A stretch of DNA of 64,000 nucleotides from Deltaproteobacteria bacterium. GTDB taxonomy: Bacteria; Desulfobacterota; Binatia; UTPRO1. The stretch is from assembly GCA_020852955.1 (NCBI GenBank), contig JADYZW010000035.1, positions 26,024 to 90,023 on the forward strand. The letters run 5' to 3'. The position numbers and the translations under genes are program-made. Positions 1 to 10,295 of the stretch are shown one piece after another. Numbering within the stretch: the stretch's first letter is position 1; each line of letters opens with the position of its first letter. The notes under the pieces are model-generated. The model was given only the letters and a program-made list of their open reading frames with translations, made no database searches and was not told the DNA's origin.

Positions 1-25
1 AGGCCCGCGAGCCGGCCCGCTCGGC

Positions 26-1549
26 TCAGTGCGGCCCGAGGTTCGTCCAGACCGTCTTGATCTGGGTGTAGAGCTCGAGGGCGGCCTTGCCCATCTCGCG
101 GCCGAACCCGCTCTGCTTGTAGCCGCCGAACGGCGCGGCCGCGTCGAAGACGTTGTAGCAGTTGATCCACACCGTGCCGGCCTTGAGCGTCTGCGCGAGG
201 CGGTTCGCCTTCGCGATGTCCTTGGTCCACACGGCGGCGGCGAGGCCGTAGGTGGTGTCGTTGCCGGCCTTCGCGACCTCGTCCACGTTCTTGAACGGGA
301 TCGTGCAGACGACCGGCCCGAAGATCTCCTCCCGCAGGATCTTCGCGTCGGCCTTCACGTCGGTGAAGACCGTCGGCTCGACGAAGTAGCCTTTGGCGAG
401 GCTCTTCGGCCGCCCGCCGCCCGACGCGGCCTTGCCGCCGCCCTTCTTTCCGGAGTCCAGGAAGCCGGTGACGCGCTGGTACTGCTCCGACGAGACGAGC
501 GGACCCATCTCGGTCGCGAGGTCCATGCCCGGGCCGAGCTTGATCTTCTCGGAGTACTCGACGAGCTTCGGCATGACCGTGTCGTAGGCCTTCGCCTCGA
601 TGTAGAGCCGCGACCCGGCGCAGCAGCACTGGCCGTGATTGAAGAAGATCGCGTTCGCCGCGCCGATCGCGGCGCTGTCGAGGTCGGCATCGGCGAAGAT
701 GATGTTCGGCGACTTGCCGCCGAGCTCGAGAGAGACCCGCTTCAGGTTCCCCGACGCCGCCCGCATGATGATCTTGCCGACCTCGGTCGAGCCGGTGAAC
801 GCGATCTTGTCGACGTCGGGGTGCTCGGCGAGCGCGGCGCCGGCGGTCTCGCCGTAGCCGGTCACGATGTTGACGACTCCGGGCGGGATGCCGGCTTCGT
901 CGAGCAGCTCGCCGAGGCGGAGCGCCGAGAGCGGCGTCTGTTCGGCCGGCTTCAGGACTACCGTGTTGCCGCACGCGAGCGCGACGCCGAGCTTCCACGC
1001 GGCCATCAGGAGCGGGAAGTTCCAGGGGATGATCTGGCCGACGACGCCGACCGGCTCGCGCAGCGTGTACGTCAGCATCTGCTGCCCGGGGATCGAGACG
1101 GGAATCGTTTCGCCTTCGACCTTGGTCGCCCAACCGGCGTAGTAGCGGAAGTGGTCGACGACGAGGGGCACGTCGGCGGCGCGCGAAACCGCAAGCGGCT
1201 TCCCGTTGTCGAGGGTCTCGAGCTGCGCGAACTCCTCGCCGTGCCTCTCGACCAGGTCGGCGAGCTTCCAGATGGCGCGGCCGCGCTCGGACGCGGTCAT
1301 CCGTCGCCAGGGGCCGGTCTCGAAGGCCTTGCGCGCCGCCTTCACGGCGCGGTCGATGTCCTCTTTCTCCCCCGCCGGCACCTCGGCGAGCGGCTCCTCG
1401 GTCGCCGGGTCGTAGCTGGTGAGCGTCTTGCCCGACGCCGCCTCGACCCACTTCCCGTCGATCAACATCTTGCGCGTCCGCCCGCCGATGAAGTCCCGGA
1501 CGCCCGGGGCGACGGCGGGATACTCAGACTGTACTCTCGGTTGTGCCAT
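26..1549 (-). CDS. NAD(P)-dependent aldehyde dehydrogenase family protein
   Basis: Full 507-aa ORF. It has the ALDH-family hallmarks: [24 protein letters not shown] (catalytic Cys) and the [12 protein letters not shown]-terminal motif. Confidence 0.9.
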   Translation of the reverse strand: MAQPRVQSEYPAVAPGVRDFIGGRTRKMLIDGKWVEAASGKTLTSYDPATEEPLAEVPAGEKEDIDRAVKAARKAFETGPWRRMTASERGRAIWKLADLVERHGEEFAQLETLDNGKPLAVSRAADVPLVVDHFRYYAGWATKVEGETIPVSIPGQQMLTYTLREPVGVVGQIIPWNFPLLMAAWKLGVALACGNTVVLKPAEQTPLSALRLGELLDEAGIPPGVVNIVTGYGETAGAALAEHPDVDKIAFTGSTEVGKIIMRAASGNLKRVSLELGGKSPNIIFADADLDSAAIGAANAIFFNHGQCCCAGSRLYIEAKAYDTVMPKLVEYSEKIKLGPGMDLATEMGPLVSSEQYQRVTGFLDSGKKGGGKAASGGGRPKSLAKGYFVEPTVFTDVKADAKILREEIFGPVVCTIPFKNVDEVAKAGNDTTYGLAAAVWTKDIAKANRLAQTLKAGTVWINCYNVFDAAAPFGGYKQSGFGREMGKAALELYTQIKTVWTNLGPH

Positions 1550-1672
1550 TTCGTTCGCTCCTTTTCGTGCCGCGTTCGTGCTGCGCGGATAGGGAGATCG
1601 CGGGCGAATCTTAGTCGAGCCGCGCGCACACTTGCCACCGAAAAACGTCCGGCGCGGTGCCGGCCGGCCGCC

Positions 1673-2023
1673 TCAGCGTCCGGCGCGGGCGACCGAGAAC
1701 GCCGGCACGCAGATGGCCCAGTACTCGCACTCCCCCTCGAACGGATTCGCGTACGTGACCGTGGCGCCGCGCGGCACCGTGAGGCTGTCGCCGGGCGCGA
1801 GCTCGGTGCGGCCTCCGCCGTGCTCGACGACGAGGCGTCCGCGCACCATCACCGTCACCTCGTCGAACTGCGGCGTCTGCGGCGGTTCGGACCAGCCGGC
1901 GGGCGCGATCATGCGCGCCACGCTGAAGGCGTCGCGCGCGTCGGAGGCGAGCCCGCAGTGCTCGGCGATGATCTTGCCGCCCGGGACGGGGATTCGCACG
2001 GGCGTATTCTTTGCGATCGTCAT
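1673..2023 (-). CDS. cupin domain protein
   Basis: 116-aa C-terminal segment of the minus ORF 1673..4162. A two-His/Glu cupin-like core (GKIIAEHCG...VVEHGGGRTELAPGDSLTVPRG) sits directly upstream of and co-oriented with the ALDH gene. Start is ATG (MTIAKN). Confidence 0.65.
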   Translation of the reverse strand: MTIAKNTPVRIPVPGGKIIAEHCGLASDARDAFSVARMIAPAGWSEPPQTPQFDEVTVMVRGRLVVEHGGGRTELAPGDSLTVPRGATVTYANPFEGECEYWAICVPAFSVARAGR

Positions 2024-2134
2024 GCCCCCGGCGTAGCCCGGCCCGCGCCTAGCATGCAATGCGGCCGCCCGCGCCGGCCGCCGCCCCCTCTCCGACGCTC
2101 GACCCCGGCGGCGCGCTCGCGCTACAGAGGCGCC

Positions 2135-2992
2135 ATGCTCTCCCGCATCGATCGCGTGCAGGTCGCGGTCGCGGACCGGCGCACCGCGGCCCTCCCCTTC
2201 GTCCGCCTCCTCGACGCCGCCGTCGCCGGCGAGGACGCCGTGGCGCCCCTCGCCGCCCGCCGCACGACGCTCGCCGCCGGCCGCGCCGTGGTCGAGCTGC
2301 TCGAGCCCGACGGCGCGGGCCCCGTCGCCGACCATCTCGCGACCGCCGGCCCGGGCCTCTTCGCGGCGGGCGTCGCGACCCACGACCTCGACGCGCTCCG
2401 CCACCGCTTCATCGACCGGCGCGTCGACTTCGCGGACACCGACCGCCAGGTCTTCCTCGCGCCCGCCGCGACCGGCATCGCGGGGCTGCGCTGCGTGGTG
2501 TCGGCGCTGCGCGACGCGCCGGCCGCGCCGGGCCTCGTCTCGCACCTCTACGAGGCCACGCTCCTGGTCGCCGAGTGGGAGGCCGCCGCCTGCCGCGTGG
2601 CCGAGCTCTTCGCTCTTGCGCCGGAGCGCTTCTGTCCGATCACTAGCGAAGAGTACGGCTATCGCGGCACGCTCACCATGTTCGACCCGCGCGATCGCCT
2701 CGATCGGATCGAGGTGATCACGCCCTACGACCGCGGCAAGACGATGGGCCGCTTCATGACCAAGCGCGGCCCGAGCCTCTACATGTGCTTCGCCGAGGCG
2801 CCCGATCTCGCGCTCGTCCGGGCGCGCCTGCGGGAACACGCGCCGCGGGACTGGACCGGCTCGGCCGACGCCCCGGCTCCCGACACGCTCTTCATCCACC
2901 CGAAGGCGCTCGGCGGCCTCATGATGGGAGTGAGCCGGACCAGTGTCGGCTGGACCTGGTCGGGCCACCCCGAGCGGGTCGTCCCGGGCTGA
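2135..2992 (+). CDS. VOC/glyoxalase-family protein (methylmalonyl-CoA epimerase-like)
   Basis: 285-aa C-terminal part of the long +ORF 29..2992. It starts at the MLSRIDRV ATG. It has two beta-alpha-beta-beta-beta-like halves (RVQVAV..., RIEVITPYDRGK...FIHPKALGG), as in the vicinal-oxygen-chelate fold. It is divergent from the cupin gene. Confidence 0.55.
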   Translation: MLSRIDRVQVAVADRRTAALPFVRLLDAAVAGEDAVAPLAARRTTLAAGRAVVELLEPDGAGPVADHLATAGPGLFAAGVATHDLDALRHRFIDRRVDFADTDRQVFLAPAATGIAGLRCVVSALRDAPAAPGLVSHLYEATLLVAEWEAAACRVAELFALAPERFCPITSEEYGYRGTLTMFDPRDRLDRIEVITPYDRGKTMGRFMTKRGPSLYMCFAEAPDLALVRARLREHAPRDWTGSADAPAPDTLFIHPKALGGLMMGVSRTSVGWTWSGHPERVVPG

Positions 2993-3127
2993 CACGACGA
3001 GGCGCCCGGTGTGCCGTCGTGGCACGACGGCCGTGCCACCGGCGCGCACCGGGTCGGACGCGGCACGCGCAAGCGCCCGCGGGGCCGAGCGAACGCGCTG
3101 GCCCCCGCCTTGCTCTCCTCGCCCACG

Positions 3128-4180
3128 ATGCCCGGAGGTCGCGCCATGCCGAACGCCCACGCCCATCCCGCCCCCGACACCGCCGCCCGGCTGTCGGCCG
3201 CCGCCTTCCTCGCGGCGGCCGTCGCCGCGACCGCGCTCACGGCGCTGGTGGCCGTCGGTGCGCGGAGCTGGATCGACCGGCCCTTCGCCGGCTTCTTCCT
3301 GCGCGCCGACCGGACGATCGCGGCGGTCGGGCGGAGCGCCTGGGGTGGCGTCGCCGCCCGCGACCTCTACGACCGGACGCTCCTCGCGATCGACGGCTTC
3401 CGGATCGACGACGCCGACGCGCTCCACCGCCGCGTCGGCGCCAAGCCGATCGGCAGCCCGCTCACCTATACCGTGACCGACGGCATCACGGTCGAGACCG
3501 TGACCGTCCGCTCGCGCCGCTTCTCGACGACCGACTACTGGGCGGTCTTCGGCGCCTACGCCGCCGGCGGTCTCTGCTGGACGCTCCTCGCCATCGCCGC
3601 CGCCTGGGCGCTCCCGCGCGGGCGCATCGGGCGGGCCCTCGTCGTGCTCGGCGGGATCGGCGGCATCTCCATGCTGACGGCGGCCGACCTCTATCCGCCG
3701 GCCGGATCGCTCCGCCTGCACGTGCTCGCGGCGGCGCTCCTTCCCGCGGCGCTTCTCCAGTTCGCGCTCGTGGTCGGCGACGCGCGCGGCCGCTTCGCCG
3801 CCGTCGCGCTGCCGGTCGTGTGGACCGCCGCGCTCGCATCCGCCGCGTCGATGCAGCTCGCGATCGGCGATCCGGCCGCGACCCGCATGACGCACGCGAC
3901 CTGCGATGCCGCCCTCGGGCTCGCGCTCGCCTCCGCGACGATCGCCCTCGCGGCCCGCGTCCGCCCCGCGCCCGGCATGTCGCTCCGCGCCGGCACCGCG
4001 CTCCTCGGCCTCGGCGCGCCCGCGGCCGTCTTCCTGCTCGCGGGCATCGGCGGCGGCGTGCCGCACAACGCCAGCGCCACGCTCGCGTTCCTCTTTCCCC
4101 TCGGCATGAGCGTCGCGCTCGGCCGCGGCGCGCCGATTTTCGCGGCGGAGTTCGTTGCGCACGATCCTCGATCACTCTAG
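3128..4180 (+). CDS. polytopic membrane protein with periplasmic PDZ-like domain
   Basis: An N-terminal TM helix is followed by a PDZ-like segment (IDGFRIDDADALHRRVGAKPIGSPLTYTVTDGITVETVTV) and then six or more hydrophobic helices. It ends 11 nt before glgP. The start is ambiguous: ATG candidates lie at 3128 and 3146. Confidence 0.45.
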   Translation: MPGGRAMPNAHAHPAPDTAARLSAAAFLAAAVAATALTALVAVGARSWIDRPFAGFFLRADRTIAAVGRSAWGGVAARDLYDRTLLAIDGFRIDDADALHRRVGAKPIGSPLTYTVTDGITVETVTVRSRRFSTTDYWAVFGAYAAGGLCWTLLAIAAAWALPRGRIGRALVVLGGIGGISMLTAADLYPPAGSLRLHVLAAALLPAALLQFALVVGDARGRFAAVALPVVWTAALASAASMQLAIGDPAATRMTHATCDAALGLALASATIALAARVRPAPGMSLRAGTALLGLGAPAAVFLLAGIGGGVPHNASATLAFLFPLGMSVALGRGAPIFAAEFVAHDPRSL

Positions 4181-4191
4181 GGTCCGACGCC

Positions 4192-6309
4192 ATGTCCGCT
4201 ATCGTCCCTCCGCTCTTCCGCGAGCTCCGCGGCCTCGCCGACAACTACTGGTGGAGCTGGCAGCTCGACGGACCCGAGGTCTTCCGCGACATCTCGCGCA
4301 GCCTGTGGGAGACCTGCGGACACAATCCGAAGAAGCTGCTCGCCGAGACCCTCGCGACCCGCCGCACCGAGCTCGACATCGACCCGCACTACCGCGCCCG
4401 AGCGCAGGATCTGATCGCGCGCTTCCGCGCCGCCATGCAGCCGCCGCCCGCGCCGCCCCCCGGGATCGACCCGCGCGTGAGCGCCGCGCACCCGATCGCC
4501 TACTTTTCGGCGGAGTTCGCGATCCACGAGTCGCTGCCGATCTACGCGGGCGGCCTCGGGGTGCTCGCGGGCGACCACCTGAAATCGGCCTCCGACGTCG
4601 GCCTCCCGCTCGTCGGCGTCGGCCTCCTGTACCGCCAGGGCTATTTCCTCCAGGACATGGACCGCTCCAACTGGCAGAGCGAGCGATACGTCGACCTCGA
4701 CGTCCCGTCCATGCCGATCGAGCGCGTCATGTCTCCGGACGGACGCCCGCTCTCGGTCACGGTGATCATCCATCGCCGTCCGGTGCACGTCAGCATCTGG
4801 CGCGTGTGGGTCGGCCGGGTCCCGCTCTACCTGCTCGACACCAACCGGGAGGACAACGAGGAGCGCGATCGCTGGATCACCGGCCATCTCTATGGCGGCA
4901 ACCAGGACACGCGGCTCGTGCAGGAGATGACGCTCGGCTTCGGCGGCGTCCGGGCGCTGCGCGCGATCGGCCTCACGCCGAGCGTGTTTCACATGAACGA
5001 GGGCCACTCGGCGTTCCTCACGCTCGAGCTGCTGCGCGAGGGGCTCGCGCAGGGCGCCCCGCTCGAGGAGGCCACGAAGGCCGTGAAGGCGCAGTGCGTG
5101 TTCACGACCCACACGCCGGTCACCGCCGGGCACGACGTCTTCGGCGTCGAGTTCATGGACACCCATCTCGCCGCGTACTGGAACGAGCTCGGCCTCACCC
5201 GCGACCAGTTCTTCGCCTTCGGACGGCGCCGGCCGGACGACCACTGGGAGCCGTTCGGCATGACGCCGCTCGCGATGCGCTTCGCGCGCTCGGTAAACGG
5301 CGTGAGCCGCAGGCACGGCGAGGTGTGCCGCGAGATGTTCCGCGACTTCTCGCCCGAACGCGAGCCCGCCGCGGTGCCGATCCGCCACGTGACCAACGGC
5401 ATCCACGTTCCGACCTGGGCCGCGCCCGTCGCGCGCTCCCTGCTCGCGCACTATCTCGGCGCGGGGTGGGAGGCCCGGCTCGGCGACCCCGGCACCATCG
5501 CGCGCATCGACGACGTCCCCGACGCCGAGCTCTGGGAGATGCGCAACCAGCTGCGCCGCTATCTCGTCGCCGCGGTCCGGGCGCGCGCCCACGAAAGCCG
5601 CACCCGCAACGGCGAAGACCCGGACTTCATCGCCGCCGCCGACCACCTGCTCGACCCCGACGTCCTGACGATCGGCTTCGCGCGCCGCATGGCGACGTAC
5701 AAGCGCATGAGCCTCATCATCCACGACCAGGAGCGCACCGCGCGCCTCCTCACCGATGACGAGCGCCCCGTCCAGTTCGTGCTCGCCGGCAAGGCGCATC
5801 CGTTCGACAACGAGGCCAAGCGCAACTTCCAGGAGCTCGCGCGCTGGAAGCGGCCGATCGAGCACCTCGGCCGCATCGTCTACCTCGAAAACTACGACGT
5901 CTCGCTCGCGCGCTTCCTCGTCCAGGGCTGCGACGTGTGGCTGAACCTCCCGCGCCGGCCGCTCGAGGCGAGCGGGACGAGCGGCCAGAAGGTGATCGCC
6001 AACGGCGGCCTGAATTGCAGCATCCTCGACGGCTGGTGGTGCGAAGGCTTCGCGGACGGCAACGGCTGGGCGATCGGCGCCGAGCTCGACGACGGCAACG
6101 CCGACGCGCAGGACGACGCCGATGCCGAGGCGCTCTATCGGGTGCTCGAGAACGAGGTCGTCCCGCTCTTCTACGAGCGCGACGAGCGCGGCATCCCCGC
6201 CGGCTGGCTCGCGCGCGTGCGCGCGTCGATGCGATCGCTGCTGCCGACCTTCAACACCGACCGCATGGTGCTCCAGTACGCCCGCGAGGTGTACGGCCCG
6301 CCGGCCTGA
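4192..6309 (+). CDS. glgP: alpha-glucan (glycogen/maltodextrin) phosphorylase, GlgP family
   Basis: 705-aa product with family-typical motifs (YFSAEFAIHESLPIYAGGLGVLAGDHLKSASD, FTTHTPVTAGHD, RRMATYKR PLP-lysine region, LNLPRRPLEASGTSGQK). Confidence 0.9.
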   Translation: MSAIVPPLFRELRGLADNYWWSWQLDGPEVFRDISRSLWETCGHNPKKLLAETLATRRTELDIDPHYRARAQDLIARFRAAMQPPPAPPPGIDPRVSAAHPIAYFSAEFAIHESLPIYAGGLGVLAGDHLKSASDVGLPLVGVGLLYRQGYFLQDMDRSNWQSERYVDLDVPSMPIERVMSPDGRPLSVTVIIHRRPVHVSIWRVWVGRVPLYLLDTNREDNEERDRWITGHLYGGNQDTRLVQEMTLGFGGVRALRAIGLTPSVFHMNEGHSAFLTLELLREGLAQGAPLEEATKAVKAQCVFTTHTPVTAGHDVFGVEFMDTHLAAYWNELGLTRDQFFAFGRRRPDDHWEPFGMTPLAMRFARSVNGVSRRHGEVCREMFRDFSPEREPAAVPIRHVTNGIHVPTWAAPVARSLLAHYLGAGWEARLGDPGTIARIDDVPDAELWEMRNQLRRYLVAAVRARAHESRTRNGEDPDFIAAADHLLDPDVLTIGFARRMATYKRMSLIIHDQERTARLLTDDERPVQFVLAGKAHPFDNEAKRNFQELARWKRPIEHLGRIVYLENYDVSLARFLVQGCDVWLNLPRRPLEASGTSGQKVIANGGLNCSILDGWWCEGFADGNGWAIGAELDDGNADAQDDADAEALYRVLENEVVPLFYERDERGIPAGWLARVRASMRSLLPTFNTDRMVLQYAREVYGPPA

Positions 6310-6423
6310 GCGCCGGCGCGTTGCATGCCAGGGCGCACGCGTTCTGCCGTCGGATCTCCGTCGGCGGAAAGACGTTGTGCCGCACCCCTCCAACCGATAG
6401 ATCTTTCGGCCGGAGGATCGTTC

Positions 6424-8262
6424 ATGCACTGCCGTCTGCGCTCCCTCGCCCTAGGCATCGCCGCGCTCGCCGCGTCCACCGTCATCGCCGCCGATCATCC
6501 CGTCGGCGGCGACTACCTCTTGATGAAGGACCCCGCGGGGAAGCCCAGCAAGCGCTCGGTGAGCTTCAAGGCGCTGAAGGACCTCGCCATCGACCCGAGC
6601 CAGGCGGGCGACCCACGCACGCTCGGCGCGACGATCCAGTTCACCGGCGGCGGCGGCGGCGACGGCGCCACCGGCCCGATCGCGCTGGCGCCCGGCCTCT
6701 GGAAGGGTCTCGGCAATCCTCCCGGCAGCAAGGGCTACAAGTACTTCGACAAGACGCGCGCGACGGGCGTGAAGCAGGTGCTCTTCAAGCCCGGCAGCAA
6801 GGGCGGGCAGCTGCAAGTGACCGGCGGCGGGGTCGGCTGGCCCTACGCGATCACGCAACCGCAGACCGCGGTCGCGGTGCGGTTCCAGCTCGGCGGCGAA
6901 ACCTATTGCGGCAACTTCACCTCCTTCACCAAGAACGAGGCCGGGCGCGTGCAGGCGAAGAACGCCGTCGCGCCCGCGAACTGCACGCCACCCGTCTGCG
7001 GCGACGGCATCGCGACGGGCACCGAGGAGTGTGACGACGGCGGCACGACCAGCGGCGACGGCTGCTCGGCGAGCTGCCAGCTCGAGAACACCTCGGCGCT
7101 CTGCGCCGGCGTGCCTGCCACGGGCGGCACCGACATCCACTCCGTGCGCGTCGCTTCGGGGCTGCAGGCGCCGGTCTTCGTGACCGCGCCGCCGCTCGAT
7201 CCGAATCGCATCTTCGTGATCGAGCAGGCCGGACGCATCCGCATCGTCAAGAACGGCGTCCTCCTCCCGACCCCGTTCCTCGACGTCGACGGAATCGCCA
7301 ACGGGGGCCCGGGCAGCGAGCAAGGCCTCCTCGGTCTGGCCTTCCACCCGGACTACGAACAGAACGGTCGCTTCTTCGTCAGCTACACGCGCAGCGGCGG
7401 CGGCCCCGCCGGCCACAGCGAGATCGCCGAGTACACGGTGAGCGGCAACCCCGACGTCGCGAACCCGACGGGCACGGTCATCCTGACCGGCGCCGACGAT
7501 CCGTACGGCAACCACAACGGCGGCATGATCGCCTTCGGTCCCGACGGTTTCCTCTACTACGGGATGGGCGACAGCGGCAGTGGCGACGACCCGGGCGACG
7601 ATGCACAGGACGACGCCAGCTTCTTCGGCAAGATGTACCGCATCGACGTCGACAACCCGCCGGCGAACCCGCTCGACGACGTGTTCGCCAAGGGCCTCCG
7701 CAACCCGTGGCGCTTCAGCTTCGACCGCTCGACCGGCGACCTCTACATCGGCGACGTCGGGCAGAACGCGTTCGAGGAGATCGACGTCCAGGAAGCCCCG
7801 CTCGCGGCGGGCGTGAACTGGGGCTGGGATTTCTTCGAGGGGCGCCATTGTCACGTCGAGTCCGGCGATCCCGCCTGCCCGCCCGGCGCTGCCGGCACCA
7901 CGATGCCCGCGCTCGAGTACTGCCACGGGCTCGGCAACGACCCGTCCACGTGCGGCGCGCACGCCTTCGGCAACTCGGTGACCGGCGGCTACGTCTACCG
8001 CGGCTGCGCCATGTCCGGCATGCAGGGCGTCTACTTCTACGGCGACTTCGGCTCGGCCTTCATCAACACCTTCCAGGGCGTGAGCGGCGGCGACGCGCAG
8101 AACGTCCAGAACCGCACGGGCGACCTCGATCCGTCCACGGGCGGCTTCTCGATCGGCGGCATCTCGTCCTTCGGCGAGGACGCCCGCGGCGAGATCTACA
8201 TCGCCGACTACGGCTCGGGCGGGTTCGACGGGGAGATCTTCAAGATCGTCCCGGGCCCGTAG
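6424..8262 (+). CDS. secreted PQQ-dependent sugar dehydrogenase-like beta-propeller protein with Myxococcus cysteine-rich repeat
   Basis: A signal peptide (MHCRLRSLALGIAALAAS) and a Cys-rich module (PPVCGDGIATGTEECDDGGTTSGDGCSASCQ) precede a GSDH-type propeller (GLLGLAFHPDY, GNHNGGMIAFGPDGFLYYGMGD, GLRNPWRFSFD, GDVGQNAFEEID). It is paralogous to the propeller inside 58048..61548. Confidence 0.8.
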   Translation: MHCRLRSLALGIAALAASTVIAADHPVGGDYLLMKDPAGKPSKRSVSFKALKDLAIDPSQAGDPRTLGATIQFTGGGGGDGATGPIALAPGLWKGLGNPPGSKGYKYFDKTRATGVKQVLFKPGSKGGQLQVTGGGVGWPYAITQPQTAVAVRFQLGGETYCGNFTSFTKNEAGRVQAKNAVAPANCTPPVCGDGIATGTEECDDGGTTSGDGCSASCQLENTSALCAGVPATGGTDIHSVRVASGLQAPVFVTAPPLDPNRIFVIEQAGRIRIVKNGVLLPTPFLDVDGIANGGPGSEQGLLGLAFHPDYEQNGRFFVSYTRSGGGPAGHSEIAEYTVSGNPDVANPTGTVILTGADDPYGNHNGGMIAFGPDGFLYYGMGDSGSGDDPGDDAQDDASFFGKMYRIDVDNPPANPLDDVFAKGLRNPWRFSFDRSTGDLYIGDVGQNAFEEIDVQEAPLAAGVNWGWDFFEGRHCHVESGDPACPPGAAGTTMPALEYCHGLGNDPSTCGAHAFGNSVTGGYVYRGCAMSGMQGVYFYGDFGSAFINTFQGVSGGDAQNVQNRTGDLDPSTGGFSIGGISSFGEDARGEIYIADYGSGGFDGEIFKIVPGP

Positions 8263-10225
8263 CGTCGGTTCGACTTCCGCTCGGACCGGGCGCGGCGCCG
8301 ACCTGCGTCGACGCGTCGCGCGTCGCGTCGGCGAGCGCCGCGGCGAGCTCCTCGCCGTCGAGCGTTTCCTTCTCGCGCAGGCGCACCGCCAGGCGCTCGA
8401 GGCCGTCGCGGTGGCTCCGCAGGAGGTCACCGGCGCGCTCATGGGCGCGACGGACGAACGCGGTCACCTCGCCGTCGAGGAGCTCCGCCGTCGCCTCGCT
8501 CACGGGGATGCCGCGGCCGCCGAAGGCGTCGTTCGGCATGAGGTAGCGGCCGCCGCCGGGCGCGAGGTAGCTCACCGGACCGAGGCGCTCGCTCATGCCG
8601 AGCTCGTAGGCCATGTGGCGCGCGATCTGCGACGCGCGCTCGATGTCGTTGTGCGCGCCGGTCGTGACCTGCCCGAACACCAGCTCCTCGGCGGCGCGGC
8701 CTCCCAGCAGTACCGCCAGGCGGTCCTCGAGCTCGGGCTTGCTCTGCAGAACCTTGTCCTCGAGCGGCAGCTGCATCGTGAAGCCGAGCGCGCCCATGGA
8801 GCGCGGGATGATCGTGATCTTGTGGACCGGATCGGCGTGCGCCACGAGCGCGGCGACGAGGGCGTGGCCGGCCTCGTGGTGCGCGACGACGTTCTTCTCC
8901 TGCGGCGAGAGCACGCGGCTTCGCCGTTCGATCCCCGCCGTCAGCCGATCGGCGGCCTCCTCGAAATCCGCCATCTCGACCTGCGCATGGTCGTGGCGCG
9001 CCGCCAGCAGCGCCGCCTCGTTGACGAGGTTCGCGAGATCGGCGCCGGAAAAGCCGGGCGTGCGCGCGGCGACGCGCTGCACGTCGAGGCCGGGCGCGTA
9101 GCGGATCTTCTTCAGGTGCACCTCCAGGATCTTCACCCGCCCGCGCACGTCGGGGAGCTCGACGACGATGCGCCGGTCGAAGCGCCCCGCGCGCAGGAGC
9201 GCCGGATCGAGCACCTCGGGACGGTTGGTGGCGGCGAGCAGCACCACGCCCTTCGAGGTGTCGAAGCCATCCATCTCGACCAGCAGCTGGTTCAGCGTCT
9301 GCTCCTGCTCGTCGTGGCGGCCGAAGCCCGCGGGACCGCCGCTCCGCGACTTCCCGACGGCGTCGAGCTCGTCGATGAAGATGATGCACGGCGCCTTGGT
9401 CTTGGCCTGCTCGAAGAGATCGCGCACGCGCGCAGCGCCGACGCCCACGAACATCTCGACGAACTCCGAGCCGCTGATCGAGAAGAACGGCACGCCCGCC
9501 TCGCCCGCGATCGCGCGCGCGAGCAGCGTCTTGCCGGTGCCCGGTGGACCGACCAGCAGCACGCCCTTCGGGATCTGCCCGCCGAGCCGCTGATAGCGCT
9601 CGGGCGTTTTCAGGAACCGCACCACCTCGAGGAGCTCGCTCTTGGCCTCCTCGATGCCCGCGACGTCGTCGAACCGGACCTTGATGTCCTGCTCGCTGTA
9701 GATGCGGGCGCGGTTCTTCCCGATCGTGAGCGCCTGGCCGATCCCACCCTGCATCATGCGCCGCGACACGAATCCCCAGATCAGCATCATGACGCCGATC
9801 GGCAGGATCCACCCGAGCAGCACGTCGCGCCAGAACGTGCTCTCGATGCGGCCCGCGAACACCACGTCCTTGCGGATCAGCTCCTCGAGGAGCGTCTTGT
9901 CGTCGACGCCGGGGATGCGCGTCACCTCGAAGAGGCGCTCGGGCTCCGCACCCGCCCAGCGCGCCGCGAGCGGCTGATTCTGCTTGATCGCCTTCTGCTC
10001 GTCCTCCTTGAGCGCAGCGCCGGGCTTCACGAGGAGCTGGATGCGATCGGCCCCGATCAACGCCTCCGCGATCTGCCCCTGGTCCAGGAGCTCGTGGAAG
10101 CGGTTGTAGGTCTGGGCGACCGGCCGCGGCCGCAACAGGAGCCCCTGCAGGATGAACAGCACCGCGACCGCCATCGCGACGTAGGTGAACGAGAACTGCA
10201 CCTGCTTCTTCGGGACGCGCGGCAT
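8240..10225 (-). CDS. ftsH: ATP-dependent zinc metalloprotease FtsH
   Basis: It has an N-terminal TM region, Walker A ([23 protein letters not shown]), the second region of homology, and the HEAGHALVA zinc site. Full 661-aa ORF. Confidence 0.95.
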   Translation of the reverse strand: MPRVPKKQVQFSFTYVAMAVAVLFILQGLLLRPRPVAQTYNRFHELLDQGQIAEALIGADRIQLLVKPGAALKEDEQKAIKQNQPLAARWAGAEPERLFEVTRIPGVDDKTLLEELIRKDVVFAGRIESTFWRDVLLGWILPIGVMMLIWGFVSRRMMQGGIGQALTIGKNRARIYSEQDIKVRFDDVAGIEEAKSELLEVVRFLKTPERYQRLGGQIPKGVLLVGPPGTGKTLLARAIAGEAGVPFFSISGSEFVEMFVGVGAARVRDLFEQAKTKAPCIIFIDELDAVGKSRSGGPAGFGRHDEQEQTLNQLLVEMDGFDTSKGVVLLAATNRPEVLDPALLRAGRFDRRIVVELPDVRGRVKILEVHLKKIRYAPGLDVQRVAARTPGFSGADLANLVNEAALLAARHDHAQVEMADFEEAADRLTAGIERRSRVLSPQEKNVVAHHEAGHALVAALVAHADPVHKITIIPRSMGALGFTMQLPLEDKVLQSKPELEDRLAVLLGGRAAEELVFGQVTTGAHNDIERASQIARHMAYELGMSERLGPVSYLAPGGGRYLMPNDAFGGRGIPVSEATAELLDGEVTAFVRRAHERAGDLLRSHRDGLERLAVRLREKETLDGEELAAALADATRDASTQVGAAPGPSGSRTDATGPGRS

Positions 10226-10295
10226 GTGGGGTCGAGTGTGCGCACGACGCCCGCCGGGCGCAAGGGGGCGCGACGCGCGGATCCTCGGCGATGCC

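Noticed and set aside
29-2992. 987-aa plus-strand ORF spanning the ALDH and cupin region
   Set aside because: Its first roughly 700 codons are antisense to a well-supported ALDH and cupin and show Arg/Ala/Gly-rich high-GC artefact composition. Only the last 285 codons (2135..2992) look like a real VOC-fold protein.
1673-4162. 829-aa minus-strand ORF
   Set aside because: Only the terminal 116 codons (cupin) are plausible. The remainder is an Arg/Gly/Glu-rich antisense reading of the VOC, membrane-protein and glgP region.
4177-6429. 750-aa minus ORF antisense to glgP, and 4155..5759 (+) out-of-frame ORF
   Set aside because: They overlap a clearly conserved phosphorylase in other frames. The composition is typical of stop-poor GC-rich DNA, with no domain signatures.
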